A stretch of 22,232 nt of DNA, taken from IMG/VR virus record IMGVR_UViG_2703718827_000007. The stretch is one strand, 5' to 3'. Shown piece by piece: positions 1 through 7,711 of the stretch. Numbering within the stretch: the stretch's first letter is position 1; the number at the start of each line of letters is the position of its first letter. A model generated the notes under the pieces. It saw nothing but the letters and a program-made list of their open reading frames with translations. It made no database searches and had not been told where the DNA came from. Source of the DNA: a virus. Its lineage: Duplodnaviria; Heunggongvirae; Uroviricota; Caudoviricetes. The position numbers were made by a program, and so were the translations under genes.

Positions 1-411
1 ATGCCTGCCCCCGTCGTCCTGATCCTTGCGGCCGGGCGTGGAGAGCGCTTTCTCGCCTCCGGGGGAAATACCCATAAGTGTATCGGCTGGCGTCAGTCCC
101 CGGAGGTTGCGCCTTATCGCTGGCCATTTGAAGAAAACGGGAGAACTTTCGACCTTGCGATTGAACCGCAGATTACGACTAATGATCTGCGTCTGATGTT
201 GAGGCTGGCTCTTGCCGGCGGAGGAATAACAATTGCCACTCAGGAAACTTTCAGGCCATATATTGAAAGCGGTAAGCTTGTATCGCTGCTTGATGACTTT
301 CTTCCACAATTTCCGGGCTTCTATCTGTATTTCCCACAGCGTCGCAATATTGCACCAAAGCTCCGCGCCCTGATTGACTACGTCAAAGAATGGCGGCAGC
401 AATTGGCTTAA
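1..411 (+). CDS. yagP: LysR-family transcriptional regulator, C-terminal effector-binding-domain fragment (136 codons)
   Basis: ORF starts with ATG at window position 1 and stops at 409-411. The translation has a LysR-type C-terminal domain (GGGITIATQETFRPYIESGKLVSLLDDF...YLYFPQRR) but no N-terminal HTH, so it is a truncated LysR gene. Size and position next to a tRNA-Thr att remnant match my recollection of E. coli yagP; this is unverified. Confidence 0.65.
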   Translation: MPAPVVLILAAGRGERFLASGGNTHKCIGWRQSPEVAPYRWPFEENGRTFDLAIEPQITTNDLRLMLRLALAGGGITIATQETFRPYIESGKLVSLLDDFLPQFPGFYLYFPQRRNIAPKLRALIDYVKEWRQQLA

Positions 412-536
412 ATGTCTGCACCTGCACTGCCTGATGTCAGAACAGTATTTTGATGAATTGCCAAGGTTACAATGGCACAAATACGGCACAGGAGGAAACG
501 TGGTGTATTTAAATATGGGGTAACTCTTTGATTTTA

Positions 537-553
537 ATGGTGCGATAATAGGA
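537..553. repeat. Distal att core copy (imperfect direct repeat of 16264-16281; lacks one C)
   Basis: 17 of 18 positions identical to the 3' acceptor/CCA end of the tRNA-Thr fragment at the other end of the element. Sits in the yagP-proximal intergenic region. Confidence 0.5.
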
Positions 554-615
554 ACAAAACAAACAATAAAAATACATTGATATATAAAGATATTTTCACG
601 TTACATCTTTGGAGA

Positions 616-635
616 TACCCCCAAAAGTACCCCCA
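616..635 (+). promoter_or_regulatory. Paired TACCCCCA motifs, putative integrase arm-type binding sites (distal arm)
   Basis: TACCCCCAAAAGTACCCCCA at 616-635. A near-identical pair TACCCCCATAAGTACCCCCA occurs at 16132-16151 next to int. Both pairs lie just inside the att repeats. Confidence 0.3.
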
Positions 636-895
636 AACAATTTTCTCTCACCACCATTTGCACATAAAGCAGCCATGTACAACTGGTAGTTGAACAGGCG
701 GGTAGACCGTTCGTTCAGTAAATACCTGATATTTCCGCCAACGAGAAATTGCGTTGGCTGGCAGAGTGCAAATTTGCACGATGACCTAACCCATTGATTC
801 TTTCGAAAACCTGCAATGCAGGAAGCCGGATAACACCATTTTTATAGCTCCGATCCCTTCAAAGTGAGGGGTAATTTGCCAAAACAGAGAGAGCA

Positions 896-1183
896 TTACT
901 GTCTCTGGCAATCTTTATCGCGATAACGCCTGAAGTACCCTCTCGCTTCCTCATCCATACCAAGAGCCGAATGAGTCCGCTTAACTGCCTGTCTTAAATC
1001 TCCGAATCTGTCTGTAGTTGCTGGTGGGCGTGCCGCCTTACGGATACATTCAGAGCGTCTGTTTGCTGCATGTTCACGTTCTTTATCGCCATCTGCCAGC
1101 ATCATGACTTCTGCCCATCGTGCGGCAGCTCTCCGGTATAGCCCTTTTGACTCCAGTTCTTCAGCTTTCCTGTCCCTTATCAT
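896..1183 (-). CDS. Small prophage regulatory protein, PerC-like (95 aa)
   Basis: ATG at 1183 preceded by GAGAGG; TATAAT-like -10 upstream. The N-terminus (MIRDRKAEELESKGLYRRAAARWAEVM) resembles the PerC-family proteins commonly annotated in P4-like prophages; this is recollection, not a search. Confidence 0.5.
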   Translation of the reverse strand: MIRDRKAEELESKGLYRRAAARWAEVMMLADGDKEREHAANRRSECIRKAARPPATTDRFGDLRQAVKRTHSALGMDEEARGYFRRYRDKDCQRQ

Positions 1184-1219
1184 TTCTGCCTCTCAGATTA
1201 TATAGATAAGCAAAAAGGT

Positions 1220-1340
1220 GTTGGTTCAGTTGGTTCAGTTGGTTCAATTTGTAAAGATCGTTGTTTTTATTGTGTTTTTTCTGAAATATTGAACCAACAT
1301 CAACTCATTTTGAACCAACACAGCCCAGCTCTGAACCAAC
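1220..1340. repeat. Iteron cluster 1: 3 tandem GTTGGTTCA (1220-1246) plus 3 inverted TGAACCAAC copies at 21-bp spacing (1290-1340)
   Basis: Directly visible 9-bp repeats in the divergent promoter region between the PerC-like gene and the RHH gene. Mirror image of cluster 2 at 7576-7686. Confidence 0.6.
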
Positions 1341-1393
1341 AACACAGCGATAGCTTTGTGATTGGTCCGTTATTTTCTGGCTGATATTTGAGC

Positions 1394-1425
1394 GTATAAC
1401 AGTGTTATACAGTGGTATACTGTAT
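1394..1425 (+). promoter_or_regulatory. Two adjacent inverted repeats (operator-like) upstream of the RHH gene
   Basis: ATAACAGTGTTAT (1394-1406) and ATACAGT-GGTAT-ACTGTAT (1407-1425), 18 bp upstream of the ATG at 1443. This is the typical position for an autoregulated RHH repressor operator. Confidence 0.35.
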
Positions 1426-1442
1426 GGATATTACTCACTGAT

Positions 1443-1898
1443 ATGGTCTTTGCAATGAGCAAATCTAATCTGGTCGCGTTCCGCATCCCATCTGAATTGC
1501 AGGATGAGTTTAATCGGTCTGTTCTCGCTTCTGGAGGGGATAAAACCTCCTGGCTTGTTGATGCGATTCGCATGAAGCTGGGACAGCCGGAAAAGTCTAT
1601 TGATTCACGAATGCTTGGGCTGGTGGAGCGCATGGAAAAAGCCGCTGCGTCGCTTATTGCCGGAAAGCCGAACATCCCACCAAAGCCATATAACGAAACG
1701 GCAGTTATAAAGATCATTGCCGATACCATCCGACAGGGATTTGATAATGGGCGCGTGATAGCTGAACGGATCAATGAAGCAGGCTATCAAACAAAAGCTG
1801 GTAAAGCGTGGGATAAAGATATTTACAGCGCGTGGAAGCGTCAGGGAAGCAATGCTGAAAAGTTAAAAGCGGTGATTGATTGTAAGGTCAGCGTATAA
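1443..1898 (+). CDS. Ribbon-helix-helix (Arc/CopG-like) domain protein, 151 aa
   Basis: N-terminal SNLVAFRIPSELQDEFNRSVL...WLVDAIRMKL fits the RHH beta-strand/helix pattern. The opposite-strand ORFs here translate to low-complexity sequence. Confidence 0.55.
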   Translation: MVFAMSKSNLVAFRIPSELQDEFNRSVLASGGDKTSWLVDAIRMKLGQPEKSIDSRMLGLVERMEKAAASLIAGKPNIPPKPYNETAVIKIIADTIRQGFDNGRVIAERINEAGYQTKAGKAWDKDIYSAWKRQGSNAEKLKAVIDCKVSV

Positions 1899-1977
1899 AC
1901 CTGAGTGCCCATTGGAAAACTGCTTGGGCCAATACCTTTATACACCAGCAGGTGGTGACGATGGGTGAGGATCAGGC

Positions 1978-2199
1978 ATGAAAGGCAGAACGCCACACAT
2001 TGAACATCAAGCCAACCACTTCTCGGATGTTCGCAATGAGATGATTGCCATTCGCGGTGATATGCACGGCTTGGAGCGTCGAATTATTGATAAGATTGAT
2101 GAAAATAGAGATAAGGCCAGTGAAAATCAAAAGTGGATCATCGGCCTGTTGATTTTATCAATGCTTATCCCGCTACTTATCGCATTGGTCACAAAATGA
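1978..2199 (+). CDS. Small tail-anchored membrane protein (coiled-coil N-terminus, C-terminal TM helix), hypothetical, 73 aa
   Basis: ATG at 1978 preceded by GGTGAGGA. C-terminal WIIGLLILSMLIPLLIALVTK is a single hydrophobic helix. Confidence 0.5.
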   Translation: MKGRTPHIEHQANHFSDVRNEMIAIRGDMHGLERRIIDKIDENRDKASENQKWIIGLLILSMLIPLLIALVTK

Positions 2200-2652
2200 A
2201 TATCCAATGTGTATGCTGTCGATGCTACGCGCGCGTACTTGTCGCAAAATATCAGACAAAAGCCAGATTCAGAACGTCGTGATAACCACCAGCACAACAG
2301 AGAGGTCATGTAACGCGATTTATCACACCAGATACATGTGATTGGTACACCCGCATAAAACATCGTCATAGCGCGTCCTGTGCGCATATACGCCGATAAT
2401 CAACACATCACCACCACTCTGTCTCGTGTAGAGAACAGTTTCATGGTATCCCCCGCCATCGTGTGCGTACTGGTCGGACGCAGTTGCAAAAAATTTTGCA
2501 ACTGATACCCCTCGCGCGCGTACTGGTCACGAAATTGGTGTTTTGCTGTGGCAGTGATATCAGAAAAATCTTGCTGTTTCACATAAAGCGGATATGCGCG
2601 TACTGTAACGGCCCCATCAACTGGGAGCGGATTTGAAATCCCGACCCAAGCT

Positions 2653-3072
2653 ATGTACCAAATGCCATGTCTTGGATATATGATGATTGCCATTCTAAAC
2701 AAAGCTAAAGGGAGGGTTGGTGTGAATGCTCAGGCTGTCATCATGGTTTTACTTGGTCTGATTGTCGCAAAACTATATCCAGACTGGTGGAAAGGGGCAT
2801 TAGCAACTGTCGCCATCTATTTGCTTTTATCCGTCGTTAAGCGATCGTTCGTTAAGACCGTAAATCAAGCAAAACGTTTCTCATTTAAGAATTTAATAAA
2901 CTATATTACTGGGCTTATTTTTTGCCTTTCAATTTTGATCGCTTCAGCTTTTTTGCCCGTATCAATAGCTAATTTTTTTGGCGCACCATATGAGGTAGGT
3001 TATCTATTCTCTGTTTTTTGTCTTGTTCTTTCCCTTCTTTACCTATGGATGAGAGCAAAGAACAAAAATTAG
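2653..3072 (+). CDS. Small polytopic inner-membrane protein, immunity-protein-like (maximal ORF; probable true start GTG 2722, about 117 aa)
   Basis: Three to four hydrophobic helices (AVIMVLLGLIVAKL, LATVAIYLLLSVV, ITGLIFCLSILIASAFL, LFSVFCLVLSLLYLW). GGAGGG lies 5 nt upstream of the in-frame GTG at 2722. The gene is AT-rich relative to its neighbours and converges on the 701-aa gene with only 18 bp between the stops. Confidence 0.6.
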   Translation: MYQMPCLGYMMIAILNKAKGRVGVNAQAVIMVLLGLIVAKLYPDWWKGALATVAIYLLLSVVKRSFVKTVNQAKRFSFKNLINYITGLIFCLSILIASAFLPVSIANFFGAPYEVGYLFSVFCLVLSLLYLWMRAKNKN

Positions 3073-3090
3073 CCATCCATGGCTAACCAG

Positions 3091-5196
3091 TTATTGAGAT
3101 TCTTTTTGTGATGCCTGTGCGACTCTGGTGAGCGATTGTGTGACCGTACTGATCGCTCTGTCATATGCTGTGCTACCTTTTGGCGTATTTGCCAGACGTA
3201 ACAAGGCATTTCGTATAACAGGGCTTTCGTATGCCTTCGCTGCTCCGCCTACGGCACCAGCAGCAGGAACAACAAACGCAGCCGTTTTTAGCATCCCCGC
3301 TAATACTGCTGCGTTTATGATGCCACCACCAACTAACAATCCATAAAGCTGCTGACCATTTAAGTTTTGAACGTTCGCTTTTGCCGCGTGTCTTGTATCG
3401 TTGAGGTATTTAATAACGCCGTCCAGTTCCTTTCCATGTACGCCTTTAAAGAAAGTTGCTGATTGCTTCCTGTTCCGGTGTAACGCATTAATAAACTTCT
3501 CAACACTGATATTTCCAGACGGATCAGTCGCCTTATCTACAGCATTCTGAACTATGGCTGCTCGTGCGTTTTGCCTACCATTGTCATCCAGAAGCCTGTA
3601 AAGCTGAGAACGTTCTGATGGGCTTTGGCTAAAAACGAGTTTTGTTACATCCTCAGGCGTGGCCTTGCCGCTGGCTATTGCCTTTTGAACGCGCGTTCTT
3701 CCCATCATGTCATTGAATTTAGACCATGAGCGATCAACCCTTGCCATATTAATGGCTTCGTCTGCTCCAAGATTTTTGGCTACGGCTTTTTTCATATCCG
3801 CCGTATATGCCTTGTAGATAATATCGCTGGCTTTCTGGAGCGTATCTTTATCAACAGTGTCAGATGACGCCATAAATCGCTTTCGAAGATCGGTTCTGTT
3901 TTCCCTCGCCAGACGCAGGTCATTTGGTCCGCTGGTGATATCGTCTTTAAATTGCTGCAAGACTTTTACCGCGGCTCTATCCTGAGATTTGCCCGGGCGG
4001 CTTAACACGGCAATCTGATTGTCGATAGCTTTTACCGTGTTTGAGAGATCGACAGGGGTATCCCCCATAGCGTCAATTATGCGGTTATATCGCTTTCCTG
4101 CTGCCTCAATGAATTTTTGTTGCCCTTTAGTCGCAGATTCATAAAGCTGTTTATCAGAAATGCCACCCAGACCATCGCTAAATGTTCTGACTAAATTTTC
4201 TCGTGCTTGTTGTTGATTCAGCCGATTCTTACCGGTTCCAAAAAAAGGAACTCTTTCGCCTAATGTCTGAGCCTGACTCTGCATAAAGGTTTTATCTTTC
4301 AGCATGTCACTGGTCATTAACGGCAGATTTCTTTCCGATGCAAAGTCGACAGCAGCCTTTGCTTCAGGCGACATATCACCACGAACAGCCCTCGAAACCG
4401 CACTCGCTGTATTTTCCAGCCCCTTACCAATACCACCAATGCCAGCAGAAATTACCGTTTGTAACGGATCAATATCTTCTCCACCAGCAAGGCTGGTGGC
4501 TCCCTGTAGTGCTAAATCTGTAGCTGCTGATTTTCCTATGGCACCAAGCACCGTTCCAGCCCTGCCCGCTGGTGTAAACGCCAACGCATTAGCAAGAAAC
4601 GAGGTCAGGTCTTGCGGTGATAAACCCGGCTTGTTCAGGGCATAATCACCTGATGGCAGAGAAACGATAGTATTCCCCTTCTCATCCTGCCTTAATGTCG
4701 CCCCCATTCCCTGAAGAATCTTTTCCTGAGACGCGTCAGAGCCGAAAAGTTGAGACCATCCAGCCTTTAGGGCATCCATGCTTAGTGAGTTCAATTCTGG
4801 GGCAGAGGCGACATTTTGCAGTCTCTCCATCTCTGGAGTCATTCGGCTTTCGCCTGTTATAGCATCGCGCATCGCAGCCCCAAGACTGGCTCCCTGTTCT
4901 GCTGAACGCTCAAGCCCCTCTCTTTGCTGAGTAGCTAACTTTGCATACCCTGACGCAAGAGAATTATCAGATGATGTATGTTGAATATTTTGAGTTGCTG
5001 ATTGGGATCGGTCTATTTCATTCGTTGATGGTAGTGGATAGGCAGCATAAAAAGCCTGCTTAGCCTGCTCTACACTTTCTCCGGCTTGCGGGGCCACGAC
5101 TTCATTGAAGTATTGCTCCTGAGCCTGCGCTTTTTGTTCTGGTGCTAACGCCTGATACTGTGGAGAGGCGATAACATCTTTCCATGCTTTAGCCAT
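3091..5196 (-). CDS. Hypothetical 701-aa protein: Ala/Gln/Gly-rich, predicted helical, with a C-terminal glycine-zipper hydrophobic hairpin
   Basis: Long ORF. ATG at 5196 is preceded by GGGGTGA and overlaps the upstream stop (TAATG). C-terminal LYGLLVGGGIINAAVLAGMLKTAAFVVPAAGAVGGAAKAY is a roughly 40-aa hydrophobic hairpin. No nucleotide-binding or catalytic motif recognised. Confidence 0.85.
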   Translation of the reverse strand: MAKAWKDVIASPQYQALAPEQKAQAQEQYFNEVVAPQAGESVEQAKQAFYAAYPLPSTNEIDRSQSATQNIQHTSSDNSLASGYAKLATQQREGLERSAEQGASLGAAMRDAITGESRMTPEMERLQNVASAPELNSLSMDALKAGWSQLFGSDASQEKILQGMGATLRQDEKGNTIVSLPSGDYALNKPGLSPQDLTSFLANALAFTPAGRAGTVLGAIGKSAATDLALQGATSLAGGEDIDPLQTVISAGIGGIGKGLENTASAVSRAVRGDMSPEAKAAVDFASERNLPLMTSDMLKDKTFMQSQAQTLGERVPFFGTGKNRLNQQQARENLVRTFSDGLGGISDKQLYESATKGQQKFIEAAGKRYNRIIDAMGDTPVDLSNTVKAIDNQIAVLSRPGKSQDRAAVKVLQQFKDDITSGPNDLRLARENRTDLRKRFMASSDTVDKDTLQKASDIIYKAYTADMKKAVAKNLGADEAINMARVDRSWSKFNDMMGRTRVQKAIASGKATPEDVTKLVFSQSPSERSQLYRLLDDNGRQNARAAIVQNAVDKATDPSGNISVEKFINALHRNRKQSATFFKGVHGKELDGVIKYLNDTRHAAKANVQNLNGQQLYGLLVGGGIINAAVLAGMLKTAAFVVPAAGAVGGAAKAYESPVIRNALLRLANTPKGSTAYDRAISTVTQSLTRVAQASQKESQ

Positions 5197-6662
5197 TAAT
5201 CACCCCATAGTGAAGAAAAGTTACTGCTGGCTGCTGGCTGTGATACCTGCTCAGATTGCGGCAATGTCTGCGACGAAGAAGCAGTTCCTCTGTCAACTGC
5301 TGAAATAACCCGCAAAGCATCATAAGTTCGACCAGAAGCAGCTTTCAGCGAATTGAACTGGTTTTCCATCTTCCGGCGCTTGGTATCAATGGTTTTTGTG
5401 GAATCACCAGGCTGAGGGAAATACATTTGATAATATTTGGACATTTCAGCTGGTAGGATAGATGCCCCTGTTTCCTGACGGAGTATTGCCATTATTGCGT
5501 CATTAGCATTAACAACGTATTGCTGCTCTGCTGGGCTGAGCGTTAAGTTAGCCAGCGTCCCATTACCCAAAGCATTATTAATGATCGCCACTCGCTGTGG
5601 GCTAAGCTGGTCTTTCAGTGTATCTATTGAATCAAGAGCATCCCTAACCCTGTATGCAAATCCAGCAGCTTTTTTAGCCCCTTCTGGCGACTTTTCCATG
5701 ATCTTTTGGGCTGTTGGCAAAGCTATTGGACGAAACCCATCTCCAGATATTGGCTGGTTTAGTTTTCCCTGCTCTTCACTTCCGTCTGTGTAGTATTTTG
5801 TGACAGTGCCATCATCGTTTTCTCTAACACTCATTAATTTTTTGGCGTTTGTATTAATTCCAGCCGCTGCCGCAAATGCCGCCGCCCCCTCTGGATCCGC
5901 CTTTAACATTTGCGCGTACTGATTGTAATTCTGCATTGCTGCTGTTGGTGCATATGCTGACGTTAACGCATTTGCTCGGCTAATATCCTGCCCTCTCGCC
6001 TGAAGTGCTTCGCCAGCCTGATTGCTGCGGATTGTCTCTGCCAACTTGCCACGCTCAATATCCCGACCTTCCATTTGATCTTTGATATCGAAATACTTCT
6101 CATGACCGAGAGAAAACAGCGCCAGATTACCTGCGAAATGCTGGAAGCCCTGCGGGTCATTAACCTGCATTTCAGCAATAGTTTCTGGAGGGATACCTAA
6201 ACGACGCATCTCCTGCTCATTATCCATCATGAACCTGCCAAATGCGCCCTGACCAAGCGATGAGGCTACCTGTGCTTTGAGCGCCAGATTGCCATAATCA
6301 TCCCTTTGAGCATCATCGACATAACTCATCCCTTTACGGACTTCCTCAAACTCTTCTGGGAATGCTGTAATAAGATTACGCATCTGCTCCCTGTCACCGG
6401 ACGCATAAGCATCTGCATAACCTTTCTGGAATGCCGCTTTACGCTCCTGCTGTTGCTGCTGCTTATAAATATCAGCAACGCCAGCCAGACCACGAAGACC
6501 TGTCAGAGCAACGTTATTTGCACCTGAGCGAGCCAGTTCATTGTTTTCGCGGATCAGACCAAGCGTTGCGTTAATGTCGCTTGCCTTTGGCGCATTCTCA
6601 TTTTGCGTACCGATGCCAGCCAGAAAACCACCAGAATTAATACCCTGTTGCCACGTAGCCAT
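5196..6662 (-). CDS. Hypothetical 488-aa protein: Gln/Ala-rich, predicted helical or coiled-coil (ORF track extends to a GTG at 6674)
   Basis: ATG at 6662 (MATWQQ...) lies 4 nt after the stop of the 57-aa ORF. Stop overlaps the start of the 701-aa gene, indicating translational coupling. No enzymatic motif recognised. Confidence 0.85.
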   Translation of the reverse strand: MATWQQGINSGGFLAGIGTQNENAPKASDINATLGLIRENNELARSGANNVALTGLRGLAGVADIYKQQQQQERKAAFQKGYADAYASGDREQMRNLITAFPEEFEEVRKGMSYVDDAQRDDYGNLALKAQVASSLGQGAFGRFMMDNEQEMRRLGIPPETIAEMQVNDPQGFQHFAGNLALFSLGHEKYFDIKDQMEGRDIERGKLAETIRSNQAGEALQARGQDISRANALTSAYAPTAAMQNYNQYAQMLKADPEGAAAFAAAAGINTNAKKLMSVRENDDGTVTKYYTDGSEEQGKLNQPISGDGFRPIALPTAQKIMEKSPEGAKKAAGFAYRVRDALDSIDTLKDQLSPQRVAIINNALGNGTLANLTLSPAEQQYVVNANDAIMAILRQETGASILPAEMSKYYQMYFPQPGDSTKTIDTKRRKMENQFNSLKAASGRTYDALRVISAVDRGTASSSQTLPQSEQVSQPAASSNFSSLWGD

Positions 6663-6666
6663 TGAT

Positions 6667-6840
6667 TTACCCACGTCCAGTTAAAGTGTAAGCCAGCGCC
6701 TTATCCATTAATCCCCGAGCAATTTCGTGGATCGTTGGCGCAACTCCTACCTCTGATTTTTTACGCTGCTCCTCCTGAATTTTCTTTATCGCTTCCATTT
6801 GCTTCTCACTTATCAATACTGGCTTTACTGAAATAGCCAT
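6667..6840 (-). CDS. Small 57-aa protein, first gene of the SOS-box operon (possible small DNA-binding or chaperone-like protein)
   Basis: ATG at 6840 preceded by AGGGGG. Translation MAISVKPVLISEKQMEAIKKIQEEQRKKSEVGVAPTIHEIARGLMDKALAYTLTGRG. Below the 60-aa cutoff of the ORF track, so found by manual translation. Confidence 0.45.
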   Translation of the reverse strand: MAISVKPVLISEKQMEAIKKIQEEQRKKSEVGVAPTIHEIARGLMDKALAYTLTGRG

Positions 6841-6854
6841 AACGCCCCCTTAGA

Positions 6855-6872
6855 ACTGTATAAAACAACAGT
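6855..6872. promoter_or_regulatory. LexA (SOS) box ACTGT-N8-ACAGT overlapping the operon promoter
   Basis: ACTGTATAAAACAACAGT matches the CTGT-N8-ACAG consensus with an AT-rich spacer. It lies between a TATAAT -10 (complement of 6875-6880) and the ATG at 6840. Confidence 0.55.
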
Positions 6873-6935
6873 CATTATAGTTTCATAAAACGCAACATTC
6901 ATAATTGTGATTGCAAAATATGAAACAAATAGCAC

Positions 6936-6968
6936 AAAAAAATGCCACCGTTCAGTAGCTGGTGGCAT
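6936..6968 (-). terminator. Rho-independent terminator (minus strand) ending the primase/153-aa transcript
   Basis: On the minus strand an 8-bp GC-rich stem (ATGCCACC...GGTGGCAT, 11-nt loop) is followed by a T7 run. Located 50-85 nt downstream of the stop of the 7021-7479 gene. Confidence 0.55.
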
Positions 6969-7020
6969 CGTTCTGTATGTCAGGTTTTGACAGTTTTTTT
7001 ATGGACTCTAAAAACTATAT

Positions 7021-7479
7021 TTATGGAGTCGCATTACTCTTCATGGCGTGAGCTTTCCTGTTCTCTCTTTGTTCCTGGTTCCATGGATAAGTGTAATTGC
7101 CACCAGCAAAGACCATATTGATTTTGTGAGGAACCATTAAAGCGATATCAGCACTCATGTCACTGAATGAAACACAGTGCAGGCGTTCAAGCCATTTGTA
7201 TGCTGCTGCCGCTTCTCCCCACAAATTAATCCCTGCAAGTTCAACAATATCTCTGATGGAGCAGATATCAACCATCCCGTTAACGCCTGTAAAACGGCGT
7301 TTAAAGTCGCCAAGATACTTTCTGAAAAGAGTTGCTTTCATTGGTTCAGAAAGGTCTATGTATGGGAACACAACCACATCAAGCAGCATCTCCCTTCTGT
7401 TGTTCATCGGTATTACAGATGGCAAATCGGATACTTTGCCAAATACATGATGAAAAGCCTTTGCGATTATCTTCATCAT
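7021..7479 (-). CDS. Hypothetical protein, about 152 aa
   Basis: ORF track start at 7482 is TTG; ATG codons at 7479 and 7476 follow GGGAGA. No family recognised. Confidence 0.6.
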   Translation of the reverse strand: MMKIIAKAFHHVFGKVSDLPSVIPMNNRREMLLDVVVFPYIDLSEPMKATLFRKYLGDFKRRFTGVNGMVDICSIRDIVELAGINLWGEAAAAYKWLERLHCVSFSDMSADIALMVPHKINMVFAGGNYTYPWNQEQRENRKAHAMKSNATP

Positions 7480-7575
7480 CAATCTCCCACTGAAACCAGT
7501 GATGTGGTGTTCAGATTTCGTAAAACACTCTCTAATGCCAGCCAGATGTTGTGCTCATCAATTCAGTCACGTTGT

Positions 7576-7686
7576 GTTGGTTCAAAATGCCGTGTTGTTG
7601 GTTCAGTGTTGGTTCAATAAAAAGAATAAAATCCTTATAAAACAATACTCTTTACAAATTGAACCAACTGAACCAACTGAACCAAC
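7576..7686. repeat. Iteron cluster 2: 3 GTTGGTTCA copies (7576, 7597, 7608) plus 3 tandem TGAACCAAC (7660-7686)
   Basis: Same 9-mer as cluster 1 in mirrored arrangement, immediately 3' of the primase-helicase stop at 7712. Analogous to the ori/crr repeats bound by P4 alpha protein, but with a different repeat unit. Confidence 0.6.
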
Positions 7687-7711
7687 ACCTTTTCTACGCA
7701 CATGAAGAAGC

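Noticed and set aside
1220-1246. CRISPR array, suggested by short tandem repeats
   Set aside because: The repeats are 9-bp units directly abutting with no spacers, and the same unit recurs inverted and at 21-bp spacing. This is iteron-like, not CRISPR.
1407-1425. LexA box upstream of the RHH gene
   Set aside because: The symmetry is ACAGT...ACTGT (reverse arrangement, 5-bp spacer), not CTGT-N8-ACAG. I treat it as a different operator.
1370-1790. Minus-strand ORFs (134 and 61 aa) overlapping the RHH gene
   Set aside because: Their translations are low-complexity and Ser/Cys-rich without motifs, whereas the plus-strand frame gives a recognisable RHH fold pattern.
2400-2702. 100-aa minus-strand ORF (and the 86-aa ORF at 2127-2387) as real genes
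   Set aside because: TTG start or no RBS; they overlap the start of the plus-strand membrane-protein gene; and the repeated nucleotide motifs fall in different reading frames.
3128-4645. Plus-strand ORFs (3128-3346, 4304-4645, 4338-4523) inside the 701-aa gene
   Set aside because: They are antisense to a long, well-supported CDS and translate to Ala/Pro-rich mirror-image sequence.
3091-6662. The 488-aa and 701-aa proteins as portal and major capsid proteins of a capsid-forming PICI, or as sid/delta/psu-like capsid-remodelling genes
   Set aside because: Their composition is low-complexity Ala/Gln/Gly-rich with a C-terminal hydrophobic hairpin, and they are under a LexA box. Sizes and composition do not match Sid, Delta or Psu, or HK97-like capsid and portal proteins as I know them. 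A search is still needed.
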